Positions 57,046-64,000 of a stretch of 64,000 nucleotides of DNA are shown here, one piece after another. Where the stretch lies: assembly GCA_043811535.1 (NCBI GenBank), contig JBDRNC010000037.1, positions 32,001 to 96,000 of the forward strand, given 5' to 3'. Both the position numbers and the translations under genes were made by a program. The notes below the pieces were generated by a model, which saw only the letters and a program-made list of their open reading frames with translations, did not search any database and was not told the DNA's origin. Every line of letters starts with the position of its first letter. Positions within the stretch are counted from its first letter, which is position 1. The stretch is from Elusimicrobiota bacterium. GTDB taxonomy: Bacteria; Elusimicrobiota; Endomicrobiia; Endomicrobiales; JBDRNC01.

Positions 57046-59949
57046 TTATTGCAGTTCAAGGTATTGAAGCATGTAGATCAGGCTTACTCTGACATCTCTG
57101 TTAGCTATAGGGGCGGTAAGCGCGCGTTTCAACAGTTTCTGCGCGGCTCCGTTCTTGCCTCTGCCGGAGTATATTTTGCTCACCTGCAGGCAGCCCATCG
57201 GGTCGAACGGCGAGATATCAAGCCCTTTTTCAAGGCACTCCAGGCCTTTGTCCTCCATTCCCTGGTCAATGTAGAGCATGCCCAGGTGAAACCACGCGAT
57301 CGCGTAGTCCGGATCGATTTTCAGCGCTTTGCGCAGCAATTCCTCGGCTTTCAAGTGGTTGAATTGAAGGCTGTTGATGCGTCCGAGATTCGTAAGGGTC
57401 CTGGCGCTTGAGGGATTGTACTTCAATGCCTCCTGGAAGGCGGCTTCGGCCCTGTCTATGTATTTTGAGCGCATAAAACCCTCGCCGGAAAGGTTGTACA
57501 GCAGTTCCCAGTCTTTCGCGGCCGGCTCAAAGCCCGTAATTCCTTCAGGCAGCATCGCTTTTTTTGCTTCCAGGATGCCGGAAAATATTTTTCCTATCTC
57601 GTTCCTTCTCAGATAGTTCGGCGCGGAAAACTCAAGCGTCGGCCGGTCGTCGAAATGCAGGGGCGCGCCTTCGCAGTATTTCCTGAACTCGGCGTCGTTG
57701 AGCATGAAGGTATTGGCTATGAACGTGAAAGGGTGGTTGAGCCCTATGAGGGCCATGTCCCCCTTTAACAACTGGTTATCGCGGAATATATTTGATATCT
57801 TTTCATAATCAATATTCCACGGCGAATCCGAACCGAGCATCATCAGGTCCGTGTTGGAAGCCGCCATAAGCATGACATGCGGAAACGCCGACGCGAACGT
57901 GTTCATCACCATTTTAAAATCATCTTCGCTCATAGAATAGATATGGAACCACTGGCAATATATGCCGCCGGGATTCAGTCTTTTTCTGCAGAGTTCGAAT
58001 GATTCCCTGGTGAAAAGGCTGGATACTCCGGCGATCCACGGGTTTGACGGTTCCGAAGCTATTATATCGTATTTTGTTTTCACCGCGGAAAGGTAGTGCC
58101 TGGCGTCGGCTATGACTACCCTGAGTTTCGGGTTGAACTGCAGATTATGGTTGAACCCGCTGAAAAGAGGAAGGGTCTTCAGGACGGCAGGTTCAATCTC
58201 CGCGCAGAAAACCGAATCAATACTGTCGGCGACCGCAAGGGCGCCGGCGGTCATTCCGCTGCCCATTCCGATAATCATGGCCGTGGCGGCGGGTTTTCCC
58301 GGGTGCAGCAGGTACGGAAGATATGCCGTTAGAAGCTGGGCGGGGACATCGCCGGCGGTAGAGGCGTCGGTTTTTCCGTTAACACGGAGAAACCTCTCCC
58401 CCCACGGGGCCTCAAACGCCGCGATAGTGGATGATATCCCATCTTTGACGTACAGGAGCCTGTTGGTGCGCGTCTGGAGGATAAATTCGCGGAATCCCTT
58501 AGCGCCGCTGTATTCCGGGGCATATAAGAAAGCGCCGCTGTTCATGATATACGGATCCCATTTCGGCCTGAGTGCGATACCGGAAATGATAATAAGCGCG
58601 AAACAGGCGGATACAACGAGCCGGACGCGCTTGTTCATGCCCCGGGCCATGAACAGGGCCGCGATGGACGCCGCGGCGTACAGAATAACCGCCAGCAGAA
58701 GGGTTTTTTCAATGCCTATCAAAGGCATGATCAGCAACCCGGCGGCGGCGGAACCGGCAATGTTGCCGACGGTGTTTGCGCCGTAATAAAAACCGGTATC
58801 GGCGCCGATGCTGGATTTTCCGGGCTCAGCGGCGCTGACAGCCCACGGGAATATCATGCCCATAAGGAATGACGGCAGGAACACGTAGGAGAAGCACAGG
58901 ATGAACTGAACCAGGCGGATGAGTATATCCTGCTGGAACGCGAAAGGAAAAAGTCTTACGAAAAAATACGGGAGAAAGTTTATGGTCGGAAGGTAGAGGA
59001 GCAGAGCGGCCGAAGTAAAAGCGAGCAAGAAGGCAAGGCCGCGCGTGTTTGCCGCGGTAAATTTTCTCAGGAATCCAAAGGCGATGCTGCCCGATGCAAG
59101 CCCTAACAGTACCGTCAGGAGCATTATCGTGAAGGAGTACGTTGAGGAACCGAGTACAAGGGCGAAAGCCCGCGACCACGCGACCTCGCATATCATCGCG
59201 GCCGTTCCCGTGATGAACAGGATTGCCGCGGGGAAATATTTCATGGATATTGCGTTGGTCCGCTCCGGTTCCGCCGGCGTATCCGGTATTGCGGCCGAGG
59301 CCAGCGAACGCATGTCCGGTCTTGACGCAAGGAATACTATGCCGGCTGAGGCCAGGTTGAAGCAGCCGGCTAGCAGGAAGGTTTTGGTTATGCCGATTAA
59401 TGGTATCGCGAAAAAACCCGCGACAGCAACCCCGGCGACGCCTCCCAGAGTATTTATTCCGTAGAATATATTCAGGAACCGTTCCGGCTTACCGCTTGAT
59501 GTCAGGAATGATGACCACCGCGTAAGTATTGGCAGCGTCGCGCCCATGAAAAACGCGGGAACCGCAAGTATCGGGAATGAAACGGCGAACCATGCGGCGC
59601 TTTGGGCGACCAGGGGAATATTCAGTATTCCGGCTTTCAAAACGAGAGACTGCGAGAGGTGTATGACGGGCAGTGAAAGGCAGGCCGCGGCCGCTGTAAG
59701 CACCTCGGCAAGAATGAAAAGCGGGAGAAGTTTTTCTTTTGAAAAGCTGTCGGAAAACCTGCCTCCCCAGACGCTTCCAAGGGAAAGGCCGGCCATGAAT
59801 GCCGACAGCACGGCGGAAACCGCTGTCGTGGTGTTTCCGAAAACGAGCGAGAGTATTCTTACCCAGAGCGTCTCATAGACAAGCGCGGAGAAACCGGATA
59901 GAAAAAACGCGGATAGAACGGCAATGAAAGCAATAAGACCTGAGTTCAT
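57046..59949 (-). CDS. Fused multi-TM (MFS-like) / spermidine synthase-like protein with C-terminal TPRs
   Basis: SGFSALVYE..W.R, YGINTLG, NGKTDAS, IGMGSGMT, EIEPAV, DARHYL, SEPSNPW; TPR tail. Confidence 0.85.
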   Translation of the reverse strand: MNSGLIAFIAVLSAFFLSGFSALVYETLWVRILSLVFGNTTTAVSAVLSAFMAGLSLGSVWGGRFSDSFSKEKLLPLFILAEVLTAAAACLSLPVIHLSQSLVLKAGILNIPLVAQSAAWFAVSFPILAVPAFFMGATLPILTRWSSFLTSSGKPERFLNIFYGINTLGGVAGVAVAGFFAIPLIGITKTFLLAGCFNLASAGIVFLASRPDMRSLASAAIPDTPAEPERTNAISMKYFPAAILFITGTAAMICEVAWSRAFALVLGSSTYSFTIMLLTVLLGLASGSIAFGFLRKFTAANTRGLAFLLAFTSAALLLYLPTINFLPYFFVRLFPFAFQQDILIRLVQFILCFSYVFLPSFLMGMIFPWAVSAAEPGKSSIGADTGFYYGANTVGNIAGSAAAGLLIMPLIGIEKTLLLAVILYAAASIAALFMARGMNKRVRLVVSACFALIIISGIALRPKWDPYIMNSGAFLYAPEYSGAKGFREFILQTRTNRLLYVKDGISSTIAAFEAPWGERFLRVNGKTDASTAGDVPAQLLTAYLPYLLHPGKPAATAMIIGMGSGMTAGALAVADSIDSVFCAEIEPAVLKTLPLFSGFNHNLQFNPKLRVVIADARHYLSAVKTKYDIIASEPSNPWIAGVSSLFTRESFELCRKRLNPGGIYCQWFHIYSMSEDDFKMVMNTFASAFPHVMLMAASNTDLMMLGSDSPWNIDYEKISNIFRDNQLLKGDMALIGLNHPFTFIANTFMLNDAEFRKYCEGAPLHFDDRPTLEFSAPNYLRRNEIGKIFSGILEAKKAMLPEGITGFEPAAKDWELLYNLSGEGFMRSKYIDRAEAAFQEALKYNPSSARTLTNLGRINSLQFNHLKAEELLRKALKIDPDYAIAWFHLGMLYIDQGMEDKGLECLEKGLDISPFDPMGCLQVSKIYSGRGKNGAAQKLLKRALTAPIANRDVRVSLIYMLQYLELQ

Positions 59950-59959
59950 TAATATAAGA

Positions 59960-61333
59960 TCAAGGCCAGGCCTGAGGGTCAGGGCCTATTTCCTGCCAGG
60001 ATTGTTTAACAAGCACTACGTTCAACGAAGGTATTTCAAGAGTATCGTCAAAGAAGACGATGCAGCGGTCGCTTCCGACCGCCTTGTTCACCGTTCCCTC
60101 GACCCAGACTGCCCCGTTGATATCAAGCGGCCCGTTAATTGTCAGGTTGCCACCGACATATATGAATCCCCTTACGCCCACATCGGTATTGTAGGTGGGC
60201 GGATAAGCCGATTTTCCCGCCGGCGTATTGGCCCACGTTTGATTGCCGAATTTGAACGTCGGGTTGGTTTTCTGAAGTCCGGCGTCGGCAGGATATTCGT
60301 CGGTTGCGCCGGAATCGCCGGCTGATTTGGTAATTTTGGCGTATTCCTGCCACGCGAGAGCCGGGACAGGGCCGACGTAGGAGTAATTGTCGCCGACGTC
60401 AAGCGTAAGGTTGCCGCGCGCGATCACAGTTCCGAATATGCCGCAACCGTCGGTGCCTGTGCTGCCCGCGAGAATCACGTCGTTGTCCCAGTACCAGACG
60501 TAATTTTTGCGCGCGAGCGTATGGTTCCACGGGTTGCCGAAATGAGAGGTATGCGCTCCGCCGGTCGGGCAGGATTTTCTCGCGTCCCACGCCGCGCCTG
60601 TTTTCGTGCACCCGTAGATATTCAGAGTTTTGGTGATAGACGCGGAAGACCGCATCGACTCAAAATCAAGCACCGGCAGGTCAGGGACGTTATAGCCCGA
60701 CCACCACTCAACGCCGTCGGTGTTCGGCGGGTCCAGCCCATTCGTGTCGCGCTCGTAGCCCTTTGAATTGCACGTGACTGTCTGTCTCGAATATTTTCTC
60801 GGGAAATACTGCTGGCCGGCCGCGGCGTCGGTGATGTTTATGTTGTTGTGCGACATTATCGGGCCCCAGTGCGCCTCAAAAGCGTTCGCCCAGGTTATCA
60901 CGCCCCTTGAAATGACCGCGCCCGGGATTGACTGGTTCACGTATATTGCCTGGATCGACCTGATCTCTTTAGCGTCTATGTCCATGCCTTCGGCTATGAT
61001 AGTTACCTGGTTCCTGGCCGGTCCCGAGGAGTACTTGATGCGGTAATACCCTCCGGGCATGTCGTCGTACTTGACATCAAAATTGAATCCGGGAACCACT
61101 ATACCTTTGGATGCCGACCGCCATGTCGTGGTGGAACTTTTCAGTTTCCACATGCCTCTTTCTATTCCCGAATCCGCGAGGTTGAAAGCTATTGACGATT
61201 TTTGTTCCTGGACGGCCCAGAACGATTCTTGCCTTGTCCAGAACACGAGCGCGGGAACGAGGATGCCTATGACCACGAGCAACAACAGGACTATGACGAG
61301 CGTCTGCCCTTTCTGCATTCTTTTGTTTTTCAT
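59960..61333 (-). CDS. PilX/GspK-like minor pilin
   Basis: KG|QTLVIVLLLL (no Glu5), A..LADSGIE motif, C-terminal SWQEI. Confidence 0.75.
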   Translation of the reverse strand: MKNKRMQKGQTLVIVLLLLVVIGILVPALVFWTRQESFWAVQEQKSSIAFNLADSGIERGMWKLKSSTTTWRSASKGIVVPGFNFDVKYDDMPGGYYRIKYSSGPARNQVTIIAEGMDIDAKEIRSIQAIYVNQSIPGAVISRGVITWANAFEAHWGPIMSHNNINITDAAAGQQYFPRKYSRQTVTCNSKGYERDTNGLDPPNTDGVEWWSGYNVPDLPVLDFESMRSSASITKTLNIYGCTKTGAAWDARKSCPTGGAHTSHFGNPWNHTLARKNYVWYWDNDVILAGSTGTDGCGIFGTVIARGNLTLDVGDNYSYVGPVPALAWQEYAKITKSAGDSGATDEYPADAGLQKTNPTFKFGNQTWANTPAGKSAYPPTYNTDVGVRGFIYVGGNLTINGPLDINGAVWVEGTVNKAVGSDRCIVFFDDTLEIPSLNVVLVKQSWQEIGPDPQAWP

Positions 61334-61851
61334 TCGTTCATCACCATCACTTTTTCGGAAGCCATGTGGAGCGCCTTGGTCTTGGCCTCCGGTATCTGAA
61401 CCTCAAGCGTCACGGAAACGGATATCATTGAAAGGTCTTCGGAGCGCGGCGGCACAAAAGCCATGTATTTCAGGCTGCTCGTTAGTATTTTTGAAGTGCT
61501 TATCCCGGGCCCGGTCTGCGTCATGACAAGTCTTGACCCCTGCTGGTAAAAGGTATACGCCATGCCGTCTACTCTCTGGAACCTGATCCTTGAACAATAG
61601 GGCTGATTCGAGGCGAATCTGTCTATCGTTATGGAAGGAGAGGAGGCCATGCGCAGGTTCCTGTTTATAGTTGAAAGTATCAGTCTTGCCTCGCGCTGGA
61701 TCTCAATTTTTTTCTGGTTGATCTTGATAAAGCGGTTAAGCTGGATGAACATCTGGGGGCCCACGGCGAAAATGATGCCTGTGATCGCGACGGTAATCAT
61801 GACTTCCGTCAAAGTCATGCCCCGTCTGCCTTTTTTGTTTTTCCAGAACAT
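61330..61851 (-). CDS. Prepilin-type N-terminal cleavage/methylation protein (PilW/GspJ-like)
   Basis: RRG|MTLTEVMITVAI class III signal peptide. Confidence 0.88.
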   Translation of the reverse strand: MFWKNKKGRRGMTLTEVMITVAITGIIFAVGPQMFIQLNRFIKINQKKIEIQREARLILSTINRNLRMASSPSITIDRFASNQPYCSRIRFQRVDGMAYTFYQQGSRLVMTQTGPGISTSKILTSSLKYMAFVPPRSEDLSMISVSVTLEVQIPEAKTKALHMASEKVMVMNE

Positions 61852-61890
61852 GGTTTTTTCCTTAAACTAGATACCAGATACTGTCGTAAA

Positions 61891-63999
61891 TCACCACGCA
61901 AAATCCTGTCCGGTTACCGTTCCTCCGGGTAAGATTGAAATGCCCGATCTAAGCAGAATATCAGTCGTTGTGACAAGATCTTGAATGTTCGGAACGTACG
62001 CGCGGACGTTGTAAGTAGTGTTTGTGCTGCCTCTGACCTCAAGCCGGTAAGTGCCGTCTTCGTAGCTGTTCGTGAAATAATACGCGCATCCAGTGGCCGT
62101 AAAACTGGTCAGCGTGGGCGGGCCGGTGAATGTTTCCGTGGAAGCGACCAAAAGCACGCCTGTTGAGATCGGGTCGCCGCCTCTTGAGACCGAGCCGGTT
62201 ATCGCGCCGAAAGCGCCGATTATCGTGAATGTCCCCACAAACACGTTTGAACCCGCGGTCACGAGCGCGTTCAGCGTTGTGGGAAAAGATTTCTCGCCGG
62301 AATCAAGGATAGGTTGGACGGTATATGTGCCCGTAGCAAGGTTTATTATGGTGAATTTCCCGTCGATTGCGGAGATGGTATCGCCCATGGACGCTCCCGA
62401 TGAACCGAACGCGGCTATCGAAACACTCGGCAGAGGATTTATGCCGTCGCGCGTTACATTGCCCGACACGCGTCCGCCCTGCGAAAGATAGAAATCAATG
62501 TTAGACGTGACCTGCCCGTAATAGACATTTACGGAATCCTCTACCTGGGTCACGTAAAGGGGGTTGTATTCGACATCATATGTGGGATTAGCGGTGACGT
62601 TCCACGTTCCTGACGCGCTCGGCAGGATATAACGGCCGGTATTCACGTCGGCGTTTATCTTAGAGCCGTTGGAAGCGAAGACAATGACAGCGGGATTGAT
62701 AGGGATCCCCAGCGCGTTTAAAACCTTGCCCGTCACAAAACCGCATGCCGGCTCGGATGTCAGGAAAATGGAATAGACGTTAACCGAGGGCCACTTCGGA
62801 GTAGTCAGAGCATTGGGTATGGACAATATCTGTCCGTGGGAATAAATTGTTACGGTAGAGATTTCCATGGCGCGCGGGCCGCGCGCCGTGTCTGACGTTA
62901 TCATGACGCGCCAGGTTCCTGTGGCGACTTCGGGCAGCCAGTACTCGGCGTAAGGATAGCTGCCGCCTTTTGTAATAGCAGTGACCGGCAATGATAAGCC
63001 GTCGTCGCAGGAAACGACAGCGCCTAAAGCCGGCGTTGCGGCGACCATTTTGCTGCTACTGTCATATTTATTGCAAGGCGGATAATTGGAATTGTAAGGC
63101 CATTGAAAGAAACAGTAATTATTATTGTCGTTATCATAGGCGCGTCCGTACCCCGGAGTCAGGGACGCAGCCGCCGTCATTCTTACATACTGCTCTCCTT
63201 CCTCGAAACCATTCGTATCCCAGCTTAATGCCTGTCCTTCGCGAATGTCGGGATACAGCACTCCCATCCCGGGGTTCTGGACCCAACCGACCCTGTCCAC
63301 CCATATTCTGGTTCCTGTCGCCCAATCCACTTCGCGCAATCCCACGCCGCCCGAGTTAGGCGATTTTATTACGCTTGCGCCGTACATCCCGCCGGTGTAG
63401 ACCGCGTCTGCTGATTTTGTTGTTCCGCACATATGGAGCGTTTCCGTGTTCGCAATCAGCAAAAAGGAATTGGGAGCCACGCTTGTGCCCGGGACTACGA
63501 AGTCAGCCATAATCTGCACTTCGGGGCACCCGCTTTCCTGATAAATGAGTTCATAATTGCCGCCAGTTGTCAGGAAGTATGAAGTCGTCGGATTGTAGAA
63601 CTCAATGAATTCCTGGTCAAATCCCTCAACGGTCACCGAACTCGTGACTATGTTGCTTATCACGATATGGTCATTTATCCAGGCGTATCCCCTCACGGTT
63701 CCGGAACTCATCGCCGTCAGCGCAAAATCCTGCACGGCTGTCTGATACGGTCCGATAGAGCGGAAAACACTCTTGTCAAAATATCCTCTTTTTGACGCGA
63801 GAAGAGTATAGGTTCCGTCGTAACAGCTTATGTTATAGGACCCCGTGCTGGTGGTCAGGTCCTGCCATGTCATGTTTTCCGCTATTACTACGGACGCGTC
63901 GGGGATCGGAGCTCCGGACGTGGTAAGGACCACTCCGGCAAATTCAGCGTTTGTCCTTATAGTATTGGGATTAGTGTAAATCGTCCTTAACTGCAGCAT
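61891..63999 (-). CDS. Large surface protein with carboxypeptidase-regulatory-like beta repeats and a lamin-tail-like domain; N-terminus probably outside the window
   Basis: Repeated G.V.G.V / G.Y.. / GTY.V units; HIVISNI...QEFIEFYNPT; upstream of the pilin genes. Confidence 0.65.
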   Translation of the reverse strand: MLQLRTIYTNPNTIRTNAEFAGVVLTTSGAPIPDASVVIAENMTWQDLTTSTGSYNISCYDGTYTLLASKRGYFDKSVFRSIGPYQTAVQDFALTAMSSGTVRGYAWINDHIVISNIVTSSVTVEGFDQEFIEFYNPTTSYFLTTGGNYELIYQESGCPEVQIMADFVVPGTSVAPNSFLLIANTETLHMCGTTKSADAVYTGGMYGASVIKSPNSGGVGLREVDWATGTRIWVDRVGWVQNPGMGVLYPDIREGQALSWDTNGFEEGEQYVRMTAAASLTPGYGRAYDNDNNNYCFFQWPYNSNYPPCNKYDSSSKMVAATPALGAVVSCDDGLSLPVTAITKGGSYPYAEYWLPEVATGTWRVMITSDTARGPRAMEISTVTIYSHGQILSIPNALTTPKWPSVNVYSIFLTSEPACGFVTGKVLNALGIPINPAVIVFASNGSKINADVNTGRYILPSASGTWNVTANPTYDVEYNPLYVTQVEDSVNVYYGQVTSNIDFYLSQGGRVSGNVTRDGINPLPSVSIAAFGSSGASMGDTISAIDGKFTIINLATGTYTVQPILDSGEKSFPTTLNALVTAGSNVFVGTFTIIGAFGAITGSVSRGGDPISTGVLLVASTETFTGPPTLTSFTATGCAYYFTNSYEDGTYRLEVRGSTNTTYNVRAYVPNIQDLVTTTDILLRSGISILPGGTVTGQDFAW

Positions 64000-64000
64000 G

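Overview
Bacterial chromosome segment of roughly mid GC content. The pilin style and gene order suggest Elusimicrobiota or a similar uncultured lineage; this is inference, not verified. Left part (1-14.7 kb) is accessory. It holds a HEAT/ExbBD locus, a TMTC-like glycosyltransferase and a ~7 kb integrase-less island bracketed by a duplicated 5' half of tRNA-Leu(UAA). The island cargo (LacI, discoidin proteins, an (alpha/alpha)6 glycosidase, an IS30 remnant) is bounded by IS3-type ends. Next comes a three-gene module between tRNA-Leu and tRNA-fMet: an Arg-rich [DEN]RR-repeat peptide, a ParB/Srx-like protein and a metallophosphoesterase. Middle part: treS-maltokinase, treZ, GH57, treY, a diguanylate cyclase, argS and a GH161-like phosphorylase. 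Right part: housekeeping operons (tilS-hpt-ftsH-folE-folP-cdaA-glmM-pdxJ-glmS-acpS-nnrD...thiL-tsaE-tsaB-lsrF; tmk-holB-ricT-metG-tatD-rSAM-3D protein) and a type IV pilin-like cluster. Most notable: a 29-aa TM-only CdaR-like peptide between cdaA and glmM, a stand-alone MamI-like membrane protein, the DRR-repeat module, the tRNA-Leu island architecture, and short-period (7-9 nt) repeat hairpins plus REP-like palindromes at many gene junctions. No CRISPR array or rRNA seen. All family assignments come from motif recognition by eye; no searches were run.
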